Assembly (NCBI GenBank): GCA_047605145.1
Contig: JASGGF010000003.1
Span: 1-42,666 of the forward strand
Length of the DNA stretch: 42,666 nucleotides
Direction of reading: 5' to 3'
Source: Thermomicrobiales bacterium
GTDB lineage: Bacteria > Chloroflexota > Chloroflexia > Thermomicrobiales > UBA6265
The translations under genes and the position numbers were made by a program. Positions 9,115 to 18,545 of this stretch are shown here, piece by piece. Position 1 is the first letter of the stretch; every line of letters starts with the position of its first letter. A model generated the notes under the pieces. That model had not been told where the DNA came from and made no database searches. It worked only from the letters and a program-made list of their open reading frames with translations.

Positions 9115-12100
9115 CGGCTGTGCAGCGACCGGAAAGCGTGCTGGTGCTCGGCTCGGGCCCCATCGTGATCGGGCAGGCGGCGGAGTTCGACTACGCCGGC
9201 ACGCAGGCGTGCCGCGCCCTGCGCGAAGAGGGCATCCGCACCATCCTCGTCAACTCCAACCCGGCCACCATCATGACTGATGAGGACGTGGCGGACGCGG
9301 TTTACATCGAGCCGCTGACCCCGGAGGTCGTGCGCCGTGTCATCCAGCGCGAGCGTCCCGAGGGTCTGCTGCCAACGCTGGGCGGCCAGACCGGCCTCAA
9401 TCTCGCGGTGGCGGTGGCGGAACGTGGCACGCTGGACCGCTACAACGTGCGGCTACTCGGCACGCCGCTCTCGGCCATCAAGCAGGCCGAAGACCGGGCG
9501 CTCTTCCGCGATCTGCTCTTCGAACTGGGCGAGCCGGTGGTGGACAGCGAGATCGTGACGTCGCTGGAGCAAGCCATCGAGTTTGCGAAGCGCGTGCCGC
9601 TGCCGCTGGTCATCCGCCCGGCCTACACGCTGGGAGGCACCGGCGGCGGCGTGGCCACCACGCCCGCCGAGCTGGAGAGCATCGTCTCCAGCGGCCTCAA
9701 CGCCAGCCCGATCCACCAGATCCTGCTGGAGCGATCGCTGGCGGGCTGGAAAGAGATCGAGTACGAGGTGATGCGCGACGGCGCGGGCACCTGCATCACC
9801 ATCTGCAACATGGAGAACTTCGACCCGATGGGCGTCCACACGGGTGATTCCATCGTGGTCGCGCCGTCGCAGACGCTCACGGACGACGAGTACCAGATGC
9901 TGCGCTCCTCGGCGCTGCGTATCATCGACGCGCTGGGCATCGAGGGTGGCTGCAACGTGCAGTTCGCGCTGGACCCGCACTCCATGAACTACGCGGTCAT
10001 CGAGGTCAACCCGCGCGTCAGCCGCTCCTCCGCGCTGGCCTCCAAGGCGACGGGCTACCCCATCGCCCGCATGGCTGCCAAGATCGCTATCGGGCGGCGG
10101 CTGCATGAGCTGGTTAACCCGGTCACCCAGAAGACGACGGCGGCGTTCGAGCCGGCGCTCGATTACGCGGTGGTGAAGATCCCGCGCTGGCCGTTCGACA
10201 AGTTCAGCCGCGCCGAGCGCACCATCGGCACCCAAATGAAGGCCACCGGCGAGGTGATGGCCATCGACCGCTCCTTCGAGGGCGCGTTGCAGAAGGCGGT
10301 GCGATCGCTGGAGTCGGGCGCGAAGGACCTCCTGTGGGAGGACCCGACGTGGACGCCGGAGTCGATCCTCGAACTGGTGCAGCGCCCGAACGACCTGCGG
10401 CTGTGGGCGGTGACGGCGGCCCTGCGTCGCGGCGAGGATGTCGAGACGCTGCACAACCTGAGCAAAATCGACCGCTGGTTCTTGTACAAGCTGCGCGGCA
10501 TCGTGGCGCAGGAGAAGGCGCTCCAGAGCGACGAGGTGACCCCGGAGCGACTCTGGCAGGCCAAGCGGGCCGGCTTCAGCGACGAGACCATCGGCCGCCT
10601 CTCCGGCAGTGACGGCGCCGCCGTGCGCGGCCTGCGTGAAGACGCGGGCATGTTCCCGGTCTACAAGATGGTGGATACCTGCGCCGGCGAGTTCGCGGCC
10701 GCCACTCCGTACTTCTACAGCACCTACGAGCTGGAAGACGAGGCGCCGCCGATTGATAGGGCCTCCACGGTGGTGATCGGCTCCGGGCCGATCCGCATCG
10801 GGCAGGGCATCGAGTTCGACTACTCGGCGGTGCAGGCCGCCCGCGCGCTGCAACGCGGCGGCGTGGCCTCGATCATGATCAACTCCAACCCGGAGACGGT
10901 CTCCACCGACTTCGACGCCTCTGACCGCCTCTATTTCGAGCCGCTGGACGCCGAGAGCGTCTCGGAGGTCCTGCGTCACGAATCGGCCACCGACGAGATC
11001 GGCGGCGACGTGCCGGTCATCGTGCAGTTCGGCGGCCAGACGGCGATCAACCTCGCCGAGCCGCTGACCGACCTCGGGGTGCCAATTCTGGGCAGCCAGC
11101 TCGACGCCATCGACCTCGCAGAGGATCGCCACCGCTTCGAGGGCTTCCTGCGCGGCCTCGGCGTGCCGCAGCCGCCGGGCGCGGCGGTCACCTCGCTGAA
11201 CGACGCCCGCGCCATTGCCAACCGCATCGGGTACCCGGTGCTGGTGCGGCCCAGCTACGTGCTGGGCGGGCGGGCCATGGAGGTGGTCTACGGGCAGGAC
11301 CAACTGGCGCGCTACATCCGTAACGCCGTGGACATGCGGCCCGATCATCCGGTGCTGATCGACAAGTACCTCGTCGGCCGCGAGGTCGAAGTCGATGCCA
11401 TCTGTGACGGGGAGCAGGTGCTTATCCCCGGCATCATGGAGCACATCGAGCGCGCCGGGGTGCACTCCGGCGACTCGTTCGCGGTCTACCCGGCGATCAA
11501 CCTGTTCCCTGCTGAAGTCGATACCATCGTGGACTACACCACGAAGATCGCGCTGGGGCTGAACGCGCGGGGGCTCATCAACATCCAGTTCGTCATCCAC
11601 GCCGGGCGCATCTACGTGCTGGAGGTCAACCCGCGCGCCTCACGCACGGTGCCGTTCCTGAGCAAGGCCACCGGCGTACCGATGGTCGATCTTTCCACTG
11701 GCATTATGCTCGGCAAGTCGCTCAAGGAGCAGGGCTTCGAAGGCGGGCTATGGCCGCGCCAGCCGCTGGTGGCAGTCAAGGCGCCGGTCTTCTCGATGGC
11801 GAAGTTGCGCGGCGTCGATACGCACCTCGGGCCGGAGATGAAGTCCACCGGCGAGGTCATGGGCATCGACCGCAACTTCGAGGCGGCGTTCTACAAGGCG
11901 CTAGTGGCGGCCGGGCTGGCGATTCCGCACCACGGTTCGGTGCTGATCACGTTGGCGGACGAGGACAAGGCCGATTCCATCGAGATGATCCGGCAACTGG
12001 TGCGCATGGGTCACAAGCTCTACGCCTCTGAAGGCACCGCCGCGCTGATCGAGCGCTACGGGATGCCGGTGCAGCTGGTGACCAAGCGCATCGGGCGCGG

Positions 12101-12344
12101 GCACCCGGACACGCTGGATGTGATCCTCGACCGCACGGTGGATTGTGTAATCAATACGCCTGGCCCGGCGGACAAGGAGATTCTGGACGGGCTGGAAATC
12201 CGGCGGGCGGCGGTGGAGCGGGGGATACCCTGCATCACCTCCATCGACACCGCGCGCACGATTGTTGCAGCCATGGCGAAATCGGACGCGGTCTACACCG
12301 TGCTGCCCTATCCTGAGTACCGGCAAACCGGTTCCGGGTACTGA
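9111..12344 (+). CDS. carB: Carbamoyl-phosphate synthase large subunit
   Basis: GSGPIVIGQAAEFDYAG, two ATP-grasp domains, EVNPRVSRSSALASKATG, C-terminal MGS domain; 1077 aa. Confidence 0.98.
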   Translation: MTAVQRPESVLVLGSGPIVIGQAAEFDYAGTQACRALREEGIRTILVNSNPATIMTDEDVADAVYIEPLTPEVVRRVIQRERPEGLLPTLGGQTGLNLAVAVAERGTLDRYNVRLLGTPLSAIKQAEDRALFRDLLFELGEPVVDSEIVTSLEQAIEFAKRVPLPLVIRPAYTLGGTGGGVATTPAELESIVSSGLNASPIHQILLERSLAGWKEIEYEVMRDGAGTCITICNMENFDPMGVHTGDSIVVAPSQTLTDDEYQMLRSSALRIIDALGIEGGCNVQFALDPHSMNYAVIEVNPRVSRSSALASKATGYPIARMAAKIAIGRRLHELVNPVTQKTTAAFEPALDYAVVKIPRWPFDKFSRAERTIGTQMKATGEVMAIDRSFEGALQKAVRSLESGAKDLLWEDPTWTPESILELVQRPNDLRLWAVTAALRRGEDVETLHNLSKIDRWFLYKLRGIVAQEKALQSDEVTPERLWQAKRAGFSDETIGRLSGSDGAAVRGLREDAGMFPVYKMVDTCAGEFAAATPYFYSTYELEDEAPPIDRASTVVIGSGPIRIGQGIEFDYSAVQAARALQRGGVASIMINSNPETVSTDFDASDRLYFEPLDAESVSEVLRHESATDEIGGDVPVIVQFGGQTAINLAEPLTDLGVPILGSQLDAIDLAEDRHRFEGFLRGLGVPQPPGAAVTSLNDARAIANRIGYPVLVRPSYVLGGRAMEVVYGQDQLARYIRNAVDMRPDHPVLIDKYLVGREVEVDAICDGEQVLIPGIMEHIERAGVHSGDSFAVYPAINLFPAEVDTIVDYTTKIALGLNARGLINIQFVIHAGRIYVLEVNPRASRTVPFLSKATGVPMVDLSTGIMLGKSLKEQGFEGGLWPRQPLVAVKAPVFSMAKLRGVDTHLGPEMKSTGEVMGIDRNFEAAFYKALVAAGLAIPHHGSVLITLADEDKADSIEMIRQLVRMGHKLYASEGTAALIERYGMPVQLVTKRIGRGHPDTLDVILDRTVDCVINTPGPADKEILDGLEIRRAAVERGIPCITSIDTARTIVAAMAKSDAVYTVLPYPEYRQTGSGY

Positions 12345-12373
12345 TCAGACGAAGCGGCGAGGGTATCGGATTC

Positions 12374-13195
12374 GTGGCACAGCAAACGGCAACGCGCAGC
12401 ACGGGGACATCCCGGGAGTTCGATGGGGAGATCGTCTCCATCGAACCGATCATGGGGGATGCCCTGCTGGTCACCACCACGGCGCCGCCGCCGGTGGTGC
12501 AGCGGTTGCTGCCGGGGCAGTTCTTCAACATCATCTGCCGCTTTCCCACCTCGCTGGATCCGCTGCTGCGGCGGCCCTACTCGGTCTACCGGGTCGATCA
12601 GGCGGCCTCCACGTTGACCTTTCTGGTGCGCCCGTTCGGGCGCGGCAGCGCGTGGCTGGCCGACCGCAAGCCGGGCGAAACCGTGGGAATGCTGGGGCCG
12701 CTGGGCAACAGCTACACCATCAACGATCGCGCCCAGCGTCTGCTGATGCTGGCCGGCGGGGTCGGCGTGGCGCCGCTGGTGATGCTCTCGGACGAAGCCA
12801 CAGCGCGCGGTCTCGATGTCGTGTTCGTCATGGGCGCCGCGACCGAGGCGGAGCTGCTGGCGCCGTCGGAGCTGGCAGCGGGCGTCGAGTTTCTGGCGGC
12901 GACCGACGATGGCAGCCGGGGCCACCACGGGCTGGCGACCGACGTGGTGGCCGACTACGTGACGTGGGCAGACCAGATCTTCGCCTGCGGCCCCGAGCCG
13001 ATGTACCGCACGCTGCGCGAGGTGGTGAACCCGCTGCGGGTGAACCGCAAGCCGCCGCTGCAGGTTTCGGTGGAGCGGGGGATGGCCTGCGGGCTGGGCG
13101 CCTGCCTCGGCTGCGTCGTGGAAACGACGCACGGCATGATCGCCTCCTGCGTCAAAGGGCCGGTGTTCGATCTCGATGAGTTGGTGATCCTGTGA
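12374..13195 (+). CDS. pyrK: Dihydroorotate dehydrogenase electron-transfer subunit
   Basis: LLRRPYS, GPLGN, AGGVGVAP, CGP, MACGLGACLGC...CVKGPVF 2Fe-2S motif. Confidence 0.93.
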   Translation: MAQQTATRSTGTSREFDGEIVSIEPIMGDALLVTTTAPPPVVQRLLPGQFFNIICRFPTSLDPLLRRPYSVYRVDQAASTLTFLVRPFGRGSAWLADRKPGETVGMLGPLGNSYTINDRAQRLLMLAGGVGVAPLVMLSDEATARGLDVVFVMGAATEAELLAPSELAAGVEFLAATDDGSRGHHGLATDVVADYVTWADQIFACGPEPMYRTLREVVNPLRVNRKPPLQVSVERGMACGLGACLGCVVETTHGMIASCVKGPVFDLDELVIL

Positions 13196-14181
13196 GCGCT
13201 GCAACCTCTACCACCGCTGATCTGCGCGTCGATCTCGCGCCGCATAACCCGCGCGAGCTGATCCTGCGCAACCCGGTCATCCCCGCTTCGGGGTGCTTCG
13301 GCTACGGCGAGGAGTACGCCTCCGTCATCGACGTGCAGCGCCTTGGCGCGTTCGTCAGCAAGGGGATTACCCCGGAGAAGCGGGCCGGCAATCCCATGCC
13401 GCGCATTCTGGAAACGCCCGCCGGGATGCTGAACGCCATCGGCCTGCAGAACCCCGGCATCCGGGGGTTTGTCCGCAAGTACCCGCCGATGTGGGAAACG
13501 TGGGACGTGCCCGCTATCGTGAATATCTCCGCCGAAACGGTGGAGGACTTCGCGGAGATGGCGCGCACGCTGGACGAGGTTCCCGGTGTGGCCGCGCTGG
13601 AAGTGAACGTCTCTTGCCCGAATATCCAGCGCGGCGGCTACTGCTTCGGCTGGGACCCGGACATGACCGCCGATGTGACCCGGGCGGTGCGTGCGGCGAC
13701 GACATTGCCAATCATCGTCAAGCTGAGCCCGGGCGCCACGGACGTGGTCAGCGTGGCGCAAGCCGCCGAGAGCGCTGGCGCGGATGCCGTTTCGCTCATC
13801 AATACGCTGGTGGGCATGGCCATCGATGTGCGCCGCCGCAAGCCGATTCTGGCGAACCAGACTGGTGGCCTGTCCGGCCCGGCGGTCAAGCCGATTGCGG
13901 TGCGCATGGTCTATCAGGTCGCCGCCGCCGTCGAGGTTCCGGTGATCGGGATGGGCGGCATCATGAGCCTGAACGACGCGCTGGAGTTCTTCATGGCCGG
14001 GGCCAGCGCCATCCAGATTGGCACCGCCGTCTTCGTCGATCCGGGCCTGCCGATCCGGTTGATCGACGAGTTGGCGGCGTGGCTGGACGCCGAAGGCTTC
14101 CCCTCCATCGCGCAGGTCGTCGGCATTGCGAACCCCGGCTTCCGCGCGGGCGTCGTGGCTCCGGTCACTGACGCGCCGTGA
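13192..14181 (+). CDS. pyrD: Dihydroorotate dehydrogenase (class 1B) catalytic subunit
   Basis: NPVIPASG, MLNAIGLQNPG, EVNVSCPN, GGLSGPAVKP, IGMGGI. Confidence 0.95.
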   Translation: MSAATSTTADLRVDLAPHNPRELILRNPVIPASGCFGYGEEYASVIDVQRLGAFVSKGITPEKRAGNPMPRILETPAGMLNAIGLQNPGIRGFVRKYPPMWETWDVPAIVNISAETVEDFAEMARTLDEVPGVAALEVNVSCPNIQRGGYCFGWDPDMTADVTRAVRAATTLPIIVKLSPGATDVVSVAQAAESAGADAVSLINTLVGMAIDVRRRKPILANQTGGLSGPAVKPIAVRMVYQVAAAVEVPVIGMGGIMSLNDALEFFMAGASAIQIGTAVFVDPGLPIRLIDELAAWLDAEGFPSIAQVVGIANPGFRAGVVAPVTDAP

Positions 14182-15239
14182 AGTACCTGCTGCCGCTGCT
14201 CCTGCTGGCGCCCATCGCGTTCGCGCTGGAACTGACGCACACCGGCGGGGAGACCGCCGTGTTCCTGGCGTCGTCGCTTGCGCTGATCCCGCTGGCCGGG
14301 TTGCTCGGCAAGGCGACGGAAGAGGCGGCGCACTACACCGGCCCCAAGATCGGGTCGCTGCTGAACGCCACGCTGGGCAACGCCGCTGAGCTGATCATCA
14401 CCATCATGGCGCTGCGGCAAGGGCTCTTCACCGTGGTGAAGGCCTCCATCGCCGGCTCGATCATCGGCAACGTGCTGGTGGTGCTGGGGGCGTCGCTGCT
14501 GATCGGCGGTCTCAAGCACGGCACGCAAACCTTCGACGCCCGCTCCGCCGGCGCCAACGCCACCATGATGATCCTCGCGGTAGTGGCGCTCAGCATCCCG
14601 GCGGTCTTCGCGCACCCCAGTAGCGGAACGGGCCCCGCCACCGATCAGGACCACATCCAGTTCATCAGCGATGGCATGGCCGTCGTGCTGATCGTGATCT
14701 ACGTCCTGTACATCATCTTCTCGCTGCGAGGCGGCGATACGCCTGCCGAGGACGCGGCTGAAGCGCATCCATCAACACCCGGCATGAAGCTGCCAGTGGC
14801 CATCGGCCTAATGGCGGTGAGCACCCTCGGTGTGGTGTTCATGAGCGAGCTGCTGGTTGGCTCCATCGAGCCGGTGGCGGAGGCCTGGGGCCTCTCCGAG
14901 CTGTTCATCGGCGTGATGCTGATCCCGCTGGTGGGCAACATCGCCGAGCACATCGTGGCCGTGCAGATGGCCTACCAGAACAAGATGGACCTCAGCCTCG
15001 GCATCGCGGTCGGCTCCGGCTTGCAGATCGCGTTGTTCGTGACCCCGGTGCTGATCGGGGTCAGCATCCTGCTCGGCACGCCGATGACGCTGGTGTTCAA
15101 CCAGTACGAGCTGGCGGCGCTGGTCGGCGCCTCGCTGATTGCCGCCATCATCTCGGTCGATGGGGAATCGAACTGGCTGGAAGGCGCGCAACTGCTCGGG
15201 CTCTACCTGATGCTCGGCATCGCCTTCTTCTTCGCCTGA
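14178..15239 (+). CDS. cax: Ca2+/H+ exchanger (CaCA family)
   Basis: Alpha-repeats LNATLGNAAELII and PLVGNIAEH, GSGLQIALFV, DGESNWLEG; multiple hydrophobic segments. Confidence 0.92.
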   Translation: MKYLLPLLLLAPIAFALELTHTGGETAVFLASSLALIPLAGLLGKATEEAAHYTGPKIGSLLNATLGNAAELIITIMALRQGLFTVVKASIAGSIIGNVLVVLGASLLIGGLKHGTQTFDARSAGANATMMILAVVALSIPAVFAHPSSGTGPATDQDHIQFISDGMAVVLIVIYVLYIIFSLRGGDTPAEDAAEAHPSTPGMKLPVAIGLMAVSTLGVVFMSELLVGSIEPVAEAWGLSELFIGVMLIPLVGNIAEHIVAVQMAYQNKMDLSLGIAVGSGLQIALFVTPVLIGVSILLGTPMTLVFNQYELAALVGASLIAAIISVDGESNWLEGAQLLGLYLMLGIAFFFA

Positions 15240-15252
15240 CAGGGGGAATTTC

Positions 15253-15843
15253 GTGGATCGTCAGGACGTGGTGCTCGGGCTGCTGCGGGAATCGGGCGCG
15301 CTGAAGGAGGGGCATTTCCTACTTTCCTCCGGGCGGCACAGCGGGCAGTACGTCGAGAAGTTTGACCTGCTGCGCCAACCTGTGGCGACCTCCCGCGTCT
15401 GCGAGGGTTTCGCTGACGCCTTCCGCGATGCGCGCATCGACGTGGTTGCCGGCCCGACAACCGGGGGCATCATCCTCGCCTTCGAGGTTGGCCGGCAACT
15501 CGGGGTAGCCGCCGCCTACGCGGAGCGCAAGGGGGAGGGCGCCGAGCGCGAGTTCCGGCGCGGCACGACCTTTACGCCCGGGGCGCGGATATTGGTGGTG
15601 GATGACATCCTGACCACCGGGGGTTCGGTGCGCGAGACGCTGGACGCGTTGAAAGCGCACCCGGTCGATGTCGTGGGTATCGGCATTCTGGTGGACCGCA
15701 GCGGCGGCAAGGTCGATTTCGGTGTGCCGCTGGAGGCGCTGGCCACGATGGACATCGCAACGTGGGAGGCGGCGGAGTGCCCCTTCTGCGCCGCCGGTCA
15801 GCCGCTGACCAAGCCGGGCACGACGCCCACCGCAGTGAGTTAG
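15253..15843 (+). CDS. pyrE: Orotate phosphoribosyltransferase
   Basis: GHFLLSSGRHS, PRPP-binding LVVDDILTTGGS, C-terminal CPFC...KPG. Confidence 0.95.
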   Translation: MDRQDVVLGLLRESGALKEGHFLLSSGRHSGQYVEKFDLLRQPVATSRVCEGFADAFRDARIDVVAGPTTGGIILAFEVGRQLGVAAAYAERKGEGAEREFRRGTTFTPGARILVVDDILTTGGSVRETLDALKAHPVDVVGIGILVDRSGGKVDFGVPLEALATMDIATWEAAECPFCAAGQPLTKPGTTPTAVS

Positions 15844-15856
15844 CGCGGCCTGCAAC

Positions 15857-16539
15857 CACATCGTGGCTCGAGCTAGTCGAGAACGCTTGCGGTGAATTGG
15901 TTACGGCGAGGTGGTTTGCGCCGGAGAAGCCCTCACCCCAACCCCTAGGGCTTATGCGTGAACGAAGAGGCCCAATTTTCGGCGTTAGGCCGCCACAAAT
16001 CGTTTCTGCATGGCGCCGCCGTGGAGCCTGCACAAACGATCAGATCGGGGAGCAGCGGACGCCGGGGCGGGCCGATCACCGAACATGAGGTGGGAGAACC
16101 CATGCACCTCAGCTTCACCGGGCCGCTGCCGCCCCACCCTCAGGTACTCGCGCATAAGCCCTACCCCAACCCCTCTCCCGATGCGCGGCTGACTGGGGTA
16201 GGTGTTGGGAAACAGGCTGCGCTCGAGGCGACGGCCCTCACCCCCAGCCCCTCTCCCGATGCGCGGGAGAGGGGAGCCGTTCCACGGCGGGAGGACGGGG
16301 TTGTGGCGTCACCATGCCGAATGGTGCGCGATCATCCGGGTCGCGAGCCCCTCTCCCGGGCATCGGGAGAGGGGTTGGGGTGAGGGCTCACCGGCGTCAT
16401 CAAACCCCATAATCCGTCTGCCTACCCCAGTCAGCCGCGCATCGGGAGAGGGGTTGGGGTGAGGGCTCTTCGAGGTAAAAACAGCCTCCCAAAAGCCAAT
16501 TCACAGCAAGCGTTCTCGGCGAGCTCGAGACACGATGTG
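15857..16539. repeat. Nested inverted-repeat complex between convergent pyrE and dedA
   Basis: Outer 44-bp IR 15857-15900/16496-16539 (40/44); middle IR 16163-16202/16421-16460 (40/40); inner family-B pair 16235-16274/16348-16386. Confidence 0.88.
15947..16162. mobile_element. 216-bp non-autonomous element (MITE) inserted into a family-B repeat
   Basis: TIRs AGGGCTTATGCG / CGCATAAGCCCT; flanking direct repeat ACCCCAACCCCT at 15935-15946 and 16163-16174; removing element plus one copy restores CCCTCACCCCAACCCCTCTCCCGATGCGC. Confidence 0.8.
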
Positions 16540-16541
16540 CG

Positions 16542-17168
16542 TCAGGCGCGGGCGGCGCTACGCTGCCGCATCCGGCCCCAGACGAACTTGAGGACCAGCA
16601 GGCCAACGACGACGATGACGACGTATTGCAGCCAGCCGACATACTCCTCGATGGCGTGCCAGTTGTCGCCAAAGGCCCAGCCAAGGCTGATCAGGGCGCC
16701 GTTCCAGAGCAGGCTGCCGAAGATGGTCAGCGGCACGAACTGCACCAGCGGCATACGCCGGTAGCCCGCCGGGATCGAGACCAGCGAGCGCACCACCGGG
16801 ACGAGCCGGCCGATGAAGACCGCCACCGGGCCGTACCTGTCGAACCACTGCTCGGCGCGAGTGAGATCGTCCGGGGTGAGCAGCGCCCAGTGCCCGAACT
16901 TTTCGAAGAGCGTGCGCACGCCGCCCTTACCCAGCGCCACGCCGATGGCGTACAGGAGCAGCGCGCCGATCAGCGAGCCGAGCGTGGAGGCGATCAGCAC
17001 CCACGCAAAGGAGAAGCGGCCTTGTCCCGTCAGGAACCCGGCCAGCGGCAGGATGACTTCAGACGGAATGGGGGGGAACAGGTTCTCCAGCGCGACGAGG
17101 ATGGTCAGCCCCGGATACCCCAGGGACTCGATGATGCTCGTTACCCACGTCGCCAGCCAATCGAACAC
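16542..17168 (-). CDS. DedA family membrane protein
   Basis: LENLFPPIPSEVILPLAGF, FIGRLVPVVRSLVSIPAG. Confidence 0.93.
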   Translation of the reverse strand: MFDWLATWVTSIIESLGYPGLTILVALENLFPPIPSEVILPLAGFLTGQGRFSFAWVLIASTLGSLIGALLLYAIGVALGKGGVRTLFEKFGHWALLTPDDLTRAEQWFDRYGPVAVFIGRLVPVVRSLVSIPAGYRRMPLVQFVPLTIFGSLLWNGALISLGWAFGDNWHAIEEYVGWLQYVVIVVVGLLVLKFVWGRMRQRSAARA

Positions 17169-17203
17169 GCGTCCTCCTCACCGAACCCCACGGCGCCTGA
17201 TGG

Positions 17204-17884
17204 TTAGCCTGCAAACAGCGCCACGATGGCGCCCGGCACATCGGTGCACAGGGCGGCGGCGCCGAGATCACGCACGCGCAATGCCTCATCCGGATCGTTG
17301 ACGGTCCAGACCATTGCGGCCAACCCCGCGTCCTTGAGGCGCTGTGCGTTTGCGGAAGTGTAAGCGCCGGCGGCGATGGCGACGGCGGGGGAGCCGAGTT
17401 CCCGGGCCACTTCCAGTAGCGCGTCATCCACATGCTCGGCCAGCGGCCAGAGTTCGGCGGCGGCGTCGAGGGCGCGCAGGCGGCGCAGAATCTCCCAATC
17501 GAAGGAGGAAATGGCCCAGCGCGTGGCCGGGCTGGCGGCCAATACGGCCAGCACGGCGGCCTCGATGCCGGGCTGCTTCACCTCGAGGTCGAAGTGCAGG
17601 CGGTCGCCAACCAGCGCGAGAACCTCAGCGAAGGTGGGGACGAGCTCGCCCTGCCCGGCATCCAGTTCGCGCACGGCGGCGTAGGGGTGCTCATCGACGT
17701 AGCCGGTTCCGTTCGTGGTGCGCTCCAGCGAGCGGTCGTGGATGCAGACCACGACGCCGTCGCTGGTGGCGTGCAGATCGAGCTCGACGCCCACGGCGCC
17801 CGATTCGATAGCGCGCTGGAACGCCAGCAGCGTGTTCTCCGGGTACGCCTGCGAATCACCCCGGTGCGCGTAAACCGCCGTCAT
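17204..17884 (-). CDS. Glycerophosphodiester phosphodiesterase
   Basis: AHRG, PENTLLAF, VELDLH, IHD, LEVK, SSFD, WTVND. Confidence 0.93.
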   Translation of the reverse strand: MTAVYAHRGDSQAYPENTLLAFQRAIESGAVGVELDLHATSDGVVVCIHDRSLERTTNGTGYVDEHPYAAVRELDAGQGELVPTFAEVLALVGDRLHFDLEVKQPGIEAAVLAVLAASPATRWAISSFDWEILRRLRALDAAAELWPLAEHVDDALLEVARELGSPAVAIAAGAYTSANAQRLKDAGLAAMVWTVNDPDEALRVRDLGAAALCTDVPGAIVALFAG

Positions 17885-17928
17885 GCTGCTCCTCCTCGTC
17901 GTGAACAGGCCGAAAAACGGGCCTCTCA

Positions 17929-17958
17929 GTTGACACGCGGCGTGTCAAGGTTTATCAT
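17929..17958 (+). promoter_or_regulatory. hspR-clpB promoter with overlapping HAIR-like operator
   Basis: TTGACA (17930-17935), 17 bp, TATCAT (17953-17958); palindrome GTTGACA-N7-TGTCAAG (17929-17949) has the geometry of HAIR CTTGAGT-N7-ACTCAAG. Confidence 0.7.
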
Positions 17959-18023
17959 TCGGTCGAACATAATGCGCGCCGGGCGTTCATGCGTGGTCCC
18001 GTGCTCGCGCAGGAGGCATCATC

Positions 18024-18440
18024 ATGAACGATCCCGGCTGCGAGCCGGTTTTCATCATCAGCGTGGCGGCGCGGTTGCTGGAAATGCACCCGCAGACCCT
18101 GCGCAAGTATGAGCGCGTGGGCCTGATTGCGCCGTCGCGCACCTCGGGAAACCTGCGGCTCTACTCCGATGAAGACCTCGACCGGTTGCGGCAGGTGAAG
18201 TACCTCGTGGAAGAGCGAGGGCTGAATCTGGCCGGCGTGCAGATGGTGCTGGAGATGACCCGCCACGTGCAGGTGCTGCAGGCGCGGCTGGCCGACGAAG
18301 CGAACGCCGGCGAGCACGCTGCGTTGGAGCGGGCCAGCGCCGAACTGGCGGCGGTGCTGCGCGCGTTGGGCGCGAGCAGCCGGCGGGCGCCGGGGGCAGG
18401 ACGCGGCGGGAATCCGCACTCTGGAGCGGGCGGCGCCTAG
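18024..18440 (+). CDS. hspR: HspR-type MerR-family heat-shock repressor
   Basis: FIISVAARLLEMHPQTLRKYERVGLIAPSRTSGNLRLYS, GLNLAGV; directly upstream of clpB. Confidence 0.88.
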   Translation: MNDPGCEPVFIISVAARLLEMHPQTLRKYERVGLIAPSRTSGNLRLYSDEDLDRLRQVKYLVEERGLNLAGVQMVLEMTRHVQVLQARLADEANAGEHAALERASAELAAVLRALGASSRRAPGAGRGGNPHSGAGGA

Positions 18441-18545
18441 ACGGTATCGCGGCGAAGCGACGTGATGTGATGTGAAAGCGGCATGATTGGATAATTGAAC
18501 ACACCGCGTGGCGTGTCCGCGCGTGGGGGAAGCGAGGGGAAACGC

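Noticed and set aside
9453-11600. 715-aa minus-strand ORF, and similar long antisense ORFs (19971-21245, 23241-24587, 27093-28634, 31841-33253)
   Set aside because: Shadow frames of confidently identified opposite-strand genes in high-GC DNA; no recognisable motifs
15958-16383. 141-aa ORF and other short ORFs across the repeat region
   Set aside because: They are translations of repeat and MITE DNA (PSPDARERG-type peptides) with no independent coding evidence
15930-16465. Clustered repeats as a CRISPR array
   Set aside because: Copies are inverted, irregularly spaced and recur inside ispE; no cas genes in the window
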